A stretch of 64,000 bases of DNA from an uncultured Solirubrobacteraceae bacterium (GCA_964588985.1 CAZPQW010000006.1:102184-166183), one strand, 5' to 3'; numbered from the stretch's first letter, positions 53,484-63,260 are shown. A program made the numbers and translations. Notes: generated by a model not told the origin, from the sequence alone.

Positions 53484-54290
53484 ATGTCGCAGATCTCCCG
53501 TCCCTTCCAGATTGCGCTGCTGGCGGTAGCCGTGCTCGGCGCCGCGTGGCTGTTCGTGTTCCAGCCGCACAACAGCAACACCGCCACATCGAGCTCCTCC
53601 TCCGCGGTCGTCTCCACGCCGCCGGCCTCCACGCTGAGCGCCACGGCCACCGACTCGAAAACCACCGGCTCGTCGGCGAAGATCTACCACGGCTCCGCGC
53701 CGGGCGTGCAGGGCCTCACCCGTGCTGTCGCCAAAGCCCACGAAGCGGTCGCGACCTCCCAGCAGAACGCGAAGGCGCTCGAACAGAAGTCGGCGCAGGC
53801 CTCTGGCCAGACATCCACGAGCGCCTCCAGCTCCACGCCCTCCAGCGCCTCCGCGACGAAGGCCGCCGCGACGCCCGCGAAGAGCACGCCGTCGACGAGC
53901 AAGTCGACCTCGACCTCCACGCCCAAGAGCCACGCTCCGCGGGCGACCAACACGCACTCGAACATCCCCGTCGGCCAACGCGCCGTCGAAGCGGAGCTCG
54001 CCCACGGCAACGTCGTGGTGGTGCTGTTCTGGAACCCCAACGGCACGGACGACAAAGCGGTCCGCCGAGCGCTGGGCTCCCTGCAGGCGGCCCACCACGG
54101 GAAGATCGCGATCAACGTCGCCTCCGCATCGCAGGCCGCGACGTTCGGCGCGATCACCCGCGGCGTGCAGGTCTACGGAACGCCGACGATGCTGGTGGTC
54201 AACAAGCACGGCAAGGCGATCGTGCTGACCGGCCTGCAGGACGCCTTCTCGATCGGGCAGACGATCGACGAAGCTCGCAGCGTCTCCTGA
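53484..54290 (+). CDS. membrane-anchored Ser/Thr-rich protein with a C-terminal thioredoxin-like domain lacking CxxC
   Basis: N-terminal TM; S/T/A linker; VVVLFWNP..TDD ... GVQVYGTPTMLVVNK. Confidence 0.75.
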   Translation: MSQISRPFQIALLAVAVLGAAWLFVFQPHNSNTATSSSSSAVVSTPPASTLSATATDSKTTGSSAKIYHGSAPGVQGLTRAVAKAHEAVATSQQNAKALEQKSAQASGQTSTSASSSTPSSASATKAAATPAKSTPSTSKSTSTSTPKSHAPRATNTHSNIPVGQRAVEAELAHGNVVVVLFWNPNGTDDKAVRRALGSLQAAHHGKIAINVASASQAATFGAITRGVQVYGTPTMLVVNKHGKAIVLTGLQDAFSIGQTIDEARSVS

Positions 54291-54320
54291 GCACCGCCGC
54301 TCGGCCCTAAACTCGCTCTC

Positions 54321-55781
54321 GTGAGCACGAGCGCCGAGTATCTGACGAGCCATCTCGAACGGCCGCTCGGGCGCGGCCACACACCCGAGGACGCATCGAC
54401 CGGCGCCGCCGGCGGTGCGGCGTGCGGCGACCTGATCCGCATCTCCCTCGCCGTCGACCCGCACAGCCCCGTGGGGGAGATCCGCGACGCGGGCTTCGAC
54501 GCGAGCGGCTGCGGCGCGACGGTCGCATCCGGCAGCGCCACGGTGAGCCTCGTGCGGGGCACGCCGCTGCTGGAGGCGGCGAAGATCGGCGCGGAGGACA
54601 TCGCACGCGAGCTGGGAGGGCTGAGCGCGGCCAAGCAGCACGCGGCGGAGCTCGCGGCGGACGCGCTGCACCGCGCGCTCGGGGGGGCCGCGCGCGGGCA
54701 GGCTCATCTGGCCGCTCACGGAGGACGCACACTGGTGGCGATGAGCGGGGGCGTGGACAGCGCGGTGGCGGCGCTGCTCGTGGCGGAGGGCGGGTCGGAG
54801 GCGGTGGGGGTGACGCTCGAGCTGTGGTCTGACCCGGAGAACGACGGCGATCTCAGCTGCTGCTCCGCGCAGGCGGTTCGCGGTGCGCGCCGCCTCGCGC
54901 ACGAGCAGGGGATGGCGCACCTGTCGATCGACCTGCGCGCGGAGTTCAAGGCGGGCGTGGTGGACGGCTGGCTGGAGGATCACGCGGCGGGGCTCACGCC
55001 GAACCCGTGCGTGCGCTGCAACGGCAACGTGCGCCTCGACGCGATGCTGGAGCTGGCGCGGGCGCTCGGATCGGAGACACTCGCGACGGGCCACTACGCG
55101 CGCGTGACCGACACGCAGTCCGCGCCGGTGCTGAGGACCGCCGTCGACATCGCGAAGGACCAGAGCTACGTGCTCTCGGCGCTCGCGCCCGAGTCGCTCG
55201 AGCGGTTGCGCTTCCCGCTGGGGGACATGCGCAAGGAGCAGGTGCGCGAGATCGCCGAGCGGGCTGGCCTGGCGGTGGCGCGCAAGCGCGACTCGCAGGA
55301 CCTGTGCTTCCTCGCAGGTACGCGTCAGAGCGCGTTCCTGGAGCGCCACGGCGGCCTCGGCCGGCGCCCCGGCCCGATCGTCGACCAGCAGGGCGGCAGG
55401 CTGGGCGAGCACGCGGGCGCGCACACCTACACCGTCGGTCAGCGCCACGGCCTCGGCATCTCCGCGCCGGAGCCGCTTTACGTGCTCGCGACGGACACGC
55501 GCTCGAACACCGTGACGGTGGGTCCGCGCACGGAGCTGCTCGCTAGCGAGGTGCGTGTGCGCGGGCTGACGCTCCACCGCGACGGGCAGAGCGTGGACGG
55601 GGTGCGCGTGCGCGCGCACGGGCGCAGGTTCGCGTGCCGCCTCTCCCAGCAGCTGACGGCGGGACGCCACGAGCTGGCAGCCGTCGAGCTGAGCGAGCCC
55701 GCCGAGCGCACCGCGCCGGGGCAGCTCGCGTGCCTGTATGCGGGCGATGTCGTGGTGGGCCACGCGACCATTACCGCGTAG
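54321..55781 (+). CDS. mnmA: tRNA 2-thiouridylase MnmA with an N-terminal IscU/NifU-like domain
   Basis: N-terminal AACGDLI, GCGATVA, KQHA; then AMSGGVDS, CCS, TPNPCVRCN, ATGHYAR, KDQSY, SQDLCF, TVGQR, APGQ. Confidence 0.93.
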   Translation: MSTSAEYLTSHLERPLGRGHTPEDASTGAAGGAACGDLIRISLAVDPHSPVGEIRDAGFDASGCGATVASGSATVSLVRGTPLLEAAKIGAEDIARELGGLSAAKQHAAELAADALHRALGGAARGQAHLAAHGGRTLVAMSGGVDSAVAALLVAEGGSEAVGVTLELWSDPENDGDLSCCSAQAVRGARRLAHEQGMAHLSIDLRAEFKAGVVDGWLEDHAAGLTPNPCVRCNGNVRLDAMLELARALGSETLATGHYARVTDTQSAPVLRTAVDIAKDQSYVLSALAPESLERLRFPLGDMRKEQVREIAERAGLAVARKRDSQDLCFLAGTRQSAFLERHGGLGRRPGPIVDQQGGRLGEHAGAHTYTVGQRHGLGISAPEPLYVLATDTRSNTVTVGPRTELLASEVRVRGLTLHRDGQSVDGVRVRAHGRRFACRLSQQLTAGRHELAAVELSEPAERTAPGQLACLYAGDVVVGHATITA

Positions 55782-55814
55782 CGCCCCAGGCGACGCCTAA
55801 TATCCGTCGCTGCC

Positions 55815-58538
55815 ATGTCGATGACCTCCGACGAGATCCGCGAGCGCTACCTGAGCTTCTTCGAGGAGCGCGGCCACCAGCGCGTTCCCTCGGCGTCGCT
55901 GGTGCCCTCGGCGCACGACCCGTCGGCGCTGCTCACCGTCGCGGGCATGCACCCGTTGAAGCCGTACTTCCTCGGCCAGGAGGCCCCGCCGGCGCCGCGC
56001 CTGACGAGCTGCCAGAAGGTGTTTCGGACGGTCGACATCGACAACGTGGGCAACACTGCGCGCCACCTGACGTTCTTCGAGATGCTGGGCAACTTCTCGT
56101 TCGGCGACTACTTCAAGCGCGAGGCGATCGCGTTCGCGTGGGAGCTCTCGCGCGAGGTGTTCGGCTTCTCCGAGCAGGACATCTGGGTGACGGTGTTCGA
56201 AGGCGACGACGGCCTCGGCCTGGGCCCGGACGAGGAGGCGATCGAGAACTGGCTGGAGCTGGGCGTGGCGCGCGAGCGGATCGTGCGCTGCCCGCGCTCT
56301 GAGAACTTCTGGCAGGCGGGCCCGAACGGGCCGTGTGGGCCGTGCTCGGAGCTGTACGTGGACCGCGGCGTGGAGCACGGCAAGCCGGACGACCTGCCGG
56401 GCGGGGAGAACGAGCGCTTCCTGGAGTACTGGAACCTGGTGTTCATGCAGTACGACCAGCGCCAGAACGCGGACGGCAACGGCTCGACGCTCAATCCGCT
56501 TCCGGCGAACAACATCGACACGGGCCTCGGCCTGAACCGCATGGCGGCGATCCTGCAGGGCAAGCGGTCGGTGTTCGAGACGGACCAGTTCGAGCCGCTG
56601 ATCGAGCTCGGCGAGCAGCTCTCGGGCCGCCGCTACGGCGAGGACTTCCAGACCGACCGGGCGCTGCGGATCCTCGCGGACCACTCGCGCGCGATGACGT
56701 TCCTGACGGCCGACGGGGTGGTGCCATCGAACGAGGACCGCGGCTACGTGCTGCGCCGCGTGATGCGCCGCGCTATCCAGCAGGGCCGCGCGCTGCAGCT
56801 CGACCCGGGCTTCCTGACGCGCTACTCGACGGTGGTACGCGAGACGATGGGCGCCACCTACCCGGAGCTTGGCGAGCACTCCGAGTCGACGGACATGTGG
56901 CTGGCGGCCGAGGAGGAGGGCTTCGGTCGGACCCTCGCGCAGGGGCTCTCGACTTTGAACGAATATATGGAGAGGGCTCGCGCGGCCGGGAGTGCGACCG
57001 TGGGAGCCGAGGATGTGTTTCGCCTGCACGACACGTTTGGCTTCCCCTATGAGATGACGAGCGAACTGCTCGCGCTCCAGGAGATGTCGATCGAGGGCGA
57101 CTTCGACGAGCTGATGGAGGGCCAGCGCGCCCGTGGCCGCGCGGGCTCGCGCGGGGGCAGCGGCGGCTCGGACGTTCAGCAGGCGCGCGCGGCGGCGAGC
57201 TCGTTCGCGGGCGGCAGCGGCTTCGAGACGCGCTTCACCGGCTATGAGACCGAGGAGCAGCAGACGACGGTGGGCGCGGTGCAGAGCGTGCTCGCGAACG
57301 GGAACGGCTCCGGCGGCGACGGGGGCACGTCGGGAGAGCGGTATCTGGTGAAGCTCGCCGAGTCTCCGTTCTACGCGGCGGGCGGCGGCCAGGTGGCGGA
57401 CGTGGGCGTGCTGGAATGCGAGCACGGGGATTGCGTCGCGCGCGTGGAGGACGTGTTCCGTCTCGGCGAAGACCAGGCGCTCGAGGTGGTGGTGGAGCAG
57501 GGCACGCTCAGCGAGGGCGAGCAGGTGCTCGCGCGGGTGGATCGCCGTGCGCGCCACGCGACCGAGTGCAACCACACGGCGACGCACCTGCTGCAGGCGG
57601 CGCTGCGTGAGATCGTGGGCGGCCACGTGCGCCAGGCCGGCTCCTACGTCGGTCCGGACAAGCTGCGCTTCGACTTCAGCCACGGCCAGGGGCTCACGCA
57701 GCAGGAGCTTCGCGACGTGGAGGACCGCGTGAACGGGTGGATCGCGCTTAACGACCCGGTGCGCGCGATCACGACGACGCTGGACGAGGCGCGGAGCCTC
57801 GGCGCGATGGCGCTGTTCGGGGAGAAGTACGGCGACGTGGTGCGGATGGTGCAGATCGGCGAGGGCGAGTACTCGCGCGAGCTGTGCGGAGGGACCCATG
57901 TCCACCGCACGGGCGAGATCGGGCCGTTCCGGATCCTGCACGAGACATCGAGCTCCGCGAACGTGAGGCGGATCGAGGCGGTAACGGGTCCGGCGGCGGT
58001 GGAGCTGCTGCGCGAGCACGACCGCCTGCTCGGCGAGATCGTTGCCGAGCTTCGCACCCACCCGCAGGACGCCCCGCAGGCGGTCGCGGCGCTCGCGAAG
58101 GAGCGCAAGCGGTTGGAGAAGGCGCTCAAGCAGGGCGGCGGCCCTGGCGAGGCCGGCGGGGGTGGCGTGGACATGGACGCGCTCGCGGCGCAGGCCGAGG
58201 AGATCGACGGCGCGAAGGTGCTGACCGCGATCGTGGAGGGGCTCGACGCGAAGGCGCTGCTCGACACTGTCGACCGCGTGAAGGGCCGCCTCGGTGAGGC
58301 GGCGATCCTGCTCGGCACGGCCGCGGACGGTCGCGTGCACCTGATGGCGAGCGTGGCGCCGGAGCTGGTGACGCGAGGCGTGAAGGCCGGTGCGGTGGTG
58401 AAGGCGGCGGCGCAGGCCGTGGGCGGCGGGGGAGGGGGCCGCGACACGATGGCGCAGGCCGGCGGGCGCGACCCCGAGAAGCTGGGCGAGGCGATCGAGG
58501 CGGCACGGACGGCGATCCGCACGGCGCTTGCCGGCTAG
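55815..58538 (+). CDS. alaS: alanine--tRNA ligase
   Basis: HLTFFEMLGNFSFGDYFK, GPCGPCSE, DTGLGL.R, DTFGFP, NHTATHLL, ELCGGTH, GGGGG. Confidence 0.98.
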   Translation: MSMTSDEIRERYLSFFEERGHQRVPSASLVPSAHDPSALLTVAGMHPLKPYFLGQEAPPAPRLTSCQKVFRTVDIDNVGNTARHLTFFEMLGNFSFGDYFKREAIAFAWELSREVFGFSEQDIWVTVFEGDDGLGLGPDEEAIENWLELGVARERIVRCPRSENFWQAGPNGPCGPCSELYVDRGVEHGKPDDLPGGENERFLEYWNLVFMQYDQRQNADGNGSTLNPLPANNIDTGLGLNRMAAILQGKRSVFETDQFEPLIELGEQLSGRRYGEDFQTDRALRILADHSRAMTFLTADGVVPSNEDRGYVLRRVMRRAIQQGRALQLDPGFLTRYSTVVRETMGATYPELGEHSESTDMWLAAEEEGFGRTLAQGLSTLNEYMERARAAGSATVGAEDVFRLHDTFGFPYEMTSELLALQEMSIEGDFDELMEGQRARGRAGSRGGSGGSDVQQARAAASSFAGGSGFETRFTGYETEEQQTTVGAVQSVLANGNGSGGDGGTSGERYLVKLAESPFYAAGGGQVADVGVLECEHGDCVARVEDVFRLGEDQALEVVVEQGTLSEGEQVLARVDRRARHATECNHTATHLLQAALREIVGGHVRQAGSYVGPDKLRFDFSHGQGLTQQELRDVEDRVNGWIALNDPVRAITTTLDEARSLGAMALFGEKYGDVVRMVQIGEGEYSRELCGGTHVHRTGEIGPFRILHETSSSANVRRIEAVTGPAAVELLREHDRLLGEIVAELRTHPQDAPQAVAALAKERKRLEKALKQGGGPGEAGGGGVDMDALAAQAEEIDGAKVLTAIVEGLDAKALLDTVDRVKGRLGEAAILLGTAADGRVHLMASVAPELVTRGVKAGAVVKAAAQAVGGGGGGRDTMAQAGGRDPEKLGEAIEAARTAIRTALAG

Positions 58539-58545
58539 CGAGCAC

Positions 58546-58950
58546 ATGCGCGTGCTCGCGCTCGACTTCGGCAGCGCCCGCTGCGGCTGCGCGGTGAGCG
58601 ACCCGACGGGCACGATAGTGACGCCGATCGAGACGGTCGAGCGCCCGGCGAGCAGGCGCGGCATAACGCGGCTGCGGGAGCTGGTGCGTGAGCGCAAGGT
58701 GGCGCGCGTGGTGGTGGGACTGCCGCTGTCGTTGAGCGGCGCGGACACCGAGCAGACCCGCGAGGCGCGCGAGTTCGCTGAGCGCCTCGCCCGATACTTG
58801 GGCGAGGGCGTGCCGGTGGAGATGCACGACGAGCGCTTCACCACGCTCATGGCCCAGCGCGAATCGATCTCCCGCGCGTCCTCCGCGAGCGAGGACTCGC
58901 GCGCGGCGGCGCACATCCTCGAGAGCTGGCTCGAAGCCCGATCGCGTTAG
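58546..58950 (+). CDS. ruvX: RuvX/YqgF family nuclease
   Basis: LALDFG..RCG.AVSD, VVGLP, DERFTT, DSRAAAHIL. Confidence 0.93.
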   Translation: MRVLALDFGSARCGCAVSDPTGTIVTPIETVERPASRRGITRLRELVRERKVARVVVGLPLSLSGADTEQTREAREFAERLARYLGEGVPVEMHDERFTTLMAQRESISRASSASEDSRAAAHILESWLEARSR

Positions 58951-58960
58951 TGTCCTGACC

Positions 58961-60316
58961 GTGGCACGGGGCGATCGATCAGGGCAGGCGCGCGAGCGCA
59001 CCGCCGCGGAGCGCGAACGCGACCGCGAAGAGCGCGAACGTCGGCGCGGCCGGCTTCCCGCGGACGCGCCGGTTCCACCGGCGGCTGTCGAGCAGCCCAT
59101 CGAGGAGGAGCACGTCGAGCTGCCGCCTGAGCTGCCGCCCGAGCCCGTGCCGTTCGAGGAGCCCGCGGAGATCGAGCTGCCTCCAGCCGAACCGTTCTTC
59201 GAGCCGCCTCCGATCGAACGGGAGCTGGTTAACCCGCTTCCCGAGCCGCCGCCGGACCCGGTGGCGTTTGAGGAGCCCGCGGCGTTCGAGGAGGAGCCTC
59301 TCCCGATCGAGGAGCCCGTGGCGATTGAGGCACCTGCGCCACCCCCCCCAAAGCCGCCGTCGATCGGCCTGCCGCCACTGCCACCGGAGCTGGGAGGAAC
59401 GTCGAAGCTCGCCCCGCGGGCGCCGTCTCGCCGCTCGCCGCTCGCGCGCATCGTGGCGGTGATCGCGCTGCTCGCGGTGATCGCCGCTCTGCTCCTGCTG
59501 CTCGTGCCTCAGCTGCGCTCGTCGAACACGAAGACGATCGCGGCGCCGAAGATCGTGAAGGTGCTGATCCCGGAGGGCGAGACCCGCGCGCAGATCGCGG
59601 AGATCGCCGCCGCGAATCACCTCAGCGGCGACTACGCGAAGGCGGCGAAGCGCTCGTCGCTGCTGAGCCCGGTCCACTACGGCGCGCCGCACGGCACGAC
59701 CGACCTCGAAGGCTTCCTGTTCCCGGCGACGTACGACATGACGGTCGGCGAGCCGGTGAGCAGGCTCGTGGAAGAGCAGCTCGCGGCGTTCCGCGAAAAC
59801 TTCACCGAGAGCCAGGTCGCGCGCGCCCACGCGCTGCACATCACGCCTTACGAGCTGCTGACGGTGGCGTCGATGGTCGAGCGCGAGGCGCAGATCCCGG
59901 GAGACAGGGCGAAGATCGCGGCGGTGATCTACAACCGCCTGCGCGAAGGGATCCCACTGGGGATCGACGCGGCGATCTACTACGCGGTCGAGCAGAAGGA
60001 GGGGATCGCGACCTACACGAAGGAACTCACCGAAGCGCAGCTGCACATCGACTCGCCGTACAACACGCGCACCCACACGGGCCTGCCGCCGACGCCGATC
60101 TCAAACCCTGGCGACGCGTCGATCCACGCGGCGGCGTACCCGGCGCACGTGTCCTACCTGTACTACGTGGCGGGCGCGGACGGCTGCGGCGAGCAGGTGT
60201 TCTCCGACACACAGTCGGCGTTCGAAGCCAACGTCGCCGCGTACAAAGCGGCGGTGAGCAAAAACGGCGGCCACCCGCCGGCGTGCAAGCACACCCTGAC
60301 GGGCACAGGCAATTGA
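58961..60316 (+). CDS. mltG: endolytic transglycosylase MltG with a Pro/Glu-rich cytoplasmic extension
   Basis: IPEG, EGFLFPATY, ASMVEREA, IYNRL, SPYNT, GLPPTPISNPG. Confidence 0.93.
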   Translation: MARGDRSGQARERTAAERERDREERERRRGRLPADAPVPPAAVEQPIEEEHVELPPELPPEPVPFEEPAEIELPPAEPFFEPPPIERELVNPLPEPPPDPVAFEEPAAFEEEPLPIEEPVAIEAPAPPPPKPPSIGLPPLPPELGGTSKLAPRAPSRRSPLARIVAVIALLAVIAALLLLLVPQLRSSNTKTIAAPKIVKVLIPEGETRAQIAEIAAANHLSGDYAKAAKRSSLLSPVHYGAPHGTTDLEGFLFPATYDMTVGEPVSRLVEEQLAAFRENFTESQVARAHALHITPYELLTVASMVEREAQIPGDRAKIAAVIYNRLREGIPLGIDAAIYYAVEQKEGIATYTKELTEAQLHIDSPYNTRTHTGLPPTPISNPGDASIHAAAYPAHVSYLYYVAGADGCGEQVFSDTQSAFEANVAAYKAAVSKNGGHPPACKHTLTGTGN

Positions 60317-61158
60317 TACGACGCCTCGGCGTGCTCGGCTGGCCGGTCGCGCACAGCCGCTCGCCGGCGATGCACAACGCTGCGCTGCAGGCGCTGGGGA
60401 TGAGCGACTGGCGCTATCAGCGCCTTCCGGTCCCGCCGGCGCTGTTCGCGGAGACTACGCGCGCGCTCGCGGGCGCCGGCTTCCACGGCGCGAACGTGAC
60501 GATCCCCCACAAGCACGCGGCGCTCGCGCTCGCCACCCGAGCGAGCGCGCCCGCGCGCGAGATAGGCGCGGCGAACACGCTCACGTTCGACGCCGACGGC
60601 GAGATCCTCGCGGAGAACACCGACGCGCCCGGACTGATCTCCGCGCTCGGGACGATCCTCGACAGCCCCGCCGACAAGCGCGCGCTGGTGCTCGGGGCGG
60701 GCGGCAGCGCCCGCGCGGTGGTGTGGGCGCTGCGCGAGGCGGGCGCGAGCGAGGTGTCGGTGTGGAACCGCACGCCGGAGCGCGCGCAGGCGCTCGCCGC
60801 CGATCTGGGAGTTCGCTTCGCGAGCGCCCTGGAGCCGGCGGATCTGCTCGTGAACTGCACGTCGGTCGGTCTGGAGGGCGGTGGCGTAGAACGCTCGGCC
60901 ACTGAGGACGAGGCGCTCAACCAACTCGGTTTGACGTTCGATCAACTCGGTGAGTACCCGTATGTCGCCGATCTGGTCTACCGCTCACGCACCCCCACCC
61001 CGTTGCTGGCAGCCGCCGGAGCACACGGCGCGCGCACAGTGGACGGCCTCGAGGTGCTCGTCGCGCAGGGCGCGCTCAGCTTCGAGATCTGGACCGGCGC
61101 TCGGCCGTCGCGCGAGATCATGCTCGCAGCGGCGCGCGACGCGGACACCGACGGGTAG
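60313..61158 (+). CDS. aroE: shikimate dehydrogenase
   Basis: G.PVAHSRSPAMHN, NVTIPHK, GAANT, NTD, GAGGSAR, DLVY, DGLEVL..QG; TTG start. Confidence 0.95.
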   Translation: MIRRLGVLGWPVAHSRSPAMHNAALQALGMSDWRYQRLPVPPALFAETTRALAGAGFHGANVTIPHKHAALALATRASAPAREIGAANTLTFDADGEILAENTDAPGLISALGTILDSPADKRALVLGAGGSARAVVWALREAGASEVSVWNRTPERAQALAADLGVRFASALEPADLLVNCTSVGLEGGGVERSATEDEALNQLGLTFDQLGEYPYVADLVYRSRTPTPLLAAAGAHGARTVDGLEVLVAQGALSFEIWTGARPSREIMLAAARDADTDG

Positions 61159-61185
61159 CGCTACGACGACGGCTAGGAGCGCGCG

Positions 61186-63204
61186 ATGAGCGAGCTTCCG
61201 CAGTCGACCGACACCGACCTGAACGCGATCTTCGGGATCGACCACGAGAGCGCCGGCGAACCGGTGATCTCGGTGGAACGCGGGCTCGACGAGCACGACC
61301 CGCTCGAGAACATCGACCTCGACCGCGTCGCCCGCCCAGGACCGCGGATCGAGCGCGAGCGGGCGCTGCAGGACGAACCCGCGATCGAGCTCGAGCGGGT
61401 GCTCGAGGACGAACCGCCGGCGGACATTCACCTCGCCAACCACGCCCGTGCGGGTCAGGGAGACGGGCCACAGGACGAACCGCCCGCAGCGCCCGCCGGC
61501 CACGGCCCGATGACCGGTGTGACCAAGCCCTCGGCGAAGGGCTCCTCGCAACGGTTCCTCACCGACGTGATCGTGATGATGGGGCTCGCCTCCCAGCGTC
61601 AGGTCGACGAGGCGATCGAGCAGTCGCGCACCTCCGGCACCACTCCCGAGAGCGTGCTGCTGCAGACCGGCGCGATCACCCCGGACGCGCTCTCTCGCGC
61701 GCTCGCCGAGCGCTACGGCCTCGACCATCTCGACCTGGGCATCTTCACGGTCGACATGGGCGCGGCGAACCTTGTGAGCACCGCGGTGGCCAAGCGCTAC
61801 CAGGCGGTGCCGGTCGCGTTCGCGGACAAGCGCACTCTGCTCGTCGCGATGGCCGACCCCTCGAATGTGCTCGCGGTCGACGACATCGCGATCATGACCG
61901 GCTACGAGATCCGGGTCGCGGTCGCGCCGCCGGAAGACATCGCGGCGCTCGTCTCGCGGCTGGACCGCCTCGAAGACGTCGTCGGAGAGGCGACGCTGGA
62001 GGAGGCCGAAGAGGACGAGCTCGTCGCGCTTCACGAGACCTCCGAAGACGCACCGGTCATCAAGCTCGTCAACCAGCTCGTCGCCCAGGCGGTCGAGCAG
62101 GGCGCCTCCGACATGCACCTCGCCCCGGACGGCAAGGAGATGCGCGTGCGCTTCCGCATCGACGGAGTGCTGCAGGACGTGACGACGGTGCCGCGCAAGA
62201 TGGCCGCGGGCGTGGTCTCGCGCATCAAGATCATGGCCGAGCTGAACATCGCCGAGAAGCGCCTGCCCCAGGACGGGCGCGTGGGTCTCGTCGTGGACGG
62301 CCGCCACGTCGACCTGCGCGTGGTGACGCTACCGAGCGTGCACGGCGAGGGCGTCGTGATGCGCGTCCTCGACAAGGCCTCGGTGGTGGTCGAGCTCGAC
62401 AAGCTCGGGATGGCCGACCCGGAGCGCGAGCGCTTCGAGCACGCCTGCCACGAGACCCACGGCGCGGTGCTCGTCACCGGCCCGACCGGCTCGGGCAAGT
62501 CGACGACGCTGTATGCGGCGCTGAAGCTGCTGAACACGCCGGAGAAGAACATCATCACCGTGGAGGACCCGGTCGAGTACGAAATGGCGGGTCTCACCCA
62601 GGTGCAGGTGGCGACGAAGCAGGGGCTCACGTTCGCGATGGGCCTGCGCGCGATGGTCCGCGCGGACCCCGACGTGATCATGGTCGGGGAGATCCGCGAC
62701 CGCGAGACCGCGCAGATCGCTGTGGAGTCGGCGCTCACCGGGCACCTGGTGCTCTCGACGCTCCACACCAACGACGCGCCGTCCGCGATCACGCGCCTGA
62801 TCGAGATGGGTATCGAGCCTTTCCTCGTCGCCTCGGCGCTCGACTGCGTGGTCGCCCAGCGCCTCGCGCGAATGCTGTGCCCGAACTGCAAGCGACGCAC
62901 GATCATCCCCGCGAAAGTGCTCCAGGAAAGCGGCTACAAGGCGCGCGTCGATCTGGAGGCGTACGAGCCGGTCGGCTGCAGGCGCTGCGGCGGCAGCGGC
63001 TACCGGGGCCGTGTGGGCCTCTACGAGGTGATGAAGATGTCGCCCGAGATCCAGCACCTGGCGCTCGAACGCCGGCCCGCGGAGGCGATCCGAGACGTGG
63101 CGGTCGAACAGGGGATGACGCGCCTGCGCGACGACGGGCTGCTGAAGGTGAGAGAGGGTCGCACCTCGATCTCGGAGATCGCGCGGGTGATCGGCAGTGG
63201 CTAG
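61186..63204 (+). CDS. pilB: type IV pilus assembly ATPase PilB (GspE/PulE family)
   Basis: ASDMH, LPQDGR, TGPTGSGKSTTLY, TVEDPVE, DPDVIMVGEIRD, LSTLHTND, CxxC...CxxC. Confidence 0.95.
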   Translation: MSELPQSTDTDLNAIFGIDHESAGEPVISVERGLDEHDPLENIDLDRVARPGPRIERERALQDEPAIELERVLEDEPPADIHLANHARAGQGDGPQDEPPAAPAGHGPMTGVTKPSAKGSSQRFLTDVIVMMGLASQRQVDEAIEQSRTSGTTPESVLLQTGAITPDALSRALAERYGLDHLDLGIFTVDMGAANLVSTAVAKRYQAVPVAFADKRTLLVAMADPSNVLAVDDIAIMTGYEIRVAVAPPEDIAALVSRLDRLEDVVGEATLEEAEEDELVALHETSEDAPVIKLVNQLVAQAVEQGASDMHLAPDGKEMRVRFRIDGVLQDVTTVPRKMAAGVVSRIKIMAELNIAEKRLPQDGRVGLVVDGRHVDLRVVTLPSVHGEGVVMRVLDKASVVVELDKLGMADPERERFEHACHETHGAVLVTGPTGSGKSTTLYAALKLLNTPEKNIITVEDPVEYEMAGLTQVQVATKQGLTFAMGLRAMVRADPDVIMVGEIRDRETAQIAVESALTGHLVLSTLHTNDAPSAITRLIEMGIEPFLVASALDCVVAQRLARMLCPNCKRRTIIPAKVLQESGYKARVDLEAYEPVGCRRCGGSGYRGRVGLYEVMKMSPEIQHLALERRPAEAIRDVAVEQGMTRLRDDGLLKVREGRTSISEIARVIGSG

Positions 63205-63260
63205 GTCCGCGGCCGGCTCGCACTTTCGTCCAGCGCCGCGACGGCTGGCAACGCATCCGC

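Noticed and set aside
55797-58916. Very long antisense or alternate-frame ORFs (1039 aa here; also 18889-21462, 24134-26440, 53319-55763)
   Set aside because: Shadow ORFs caused by stop-codon scarcity in high-GC DNA opposite well-identified genes; Arg/Ala/Pro-rich with no motifs
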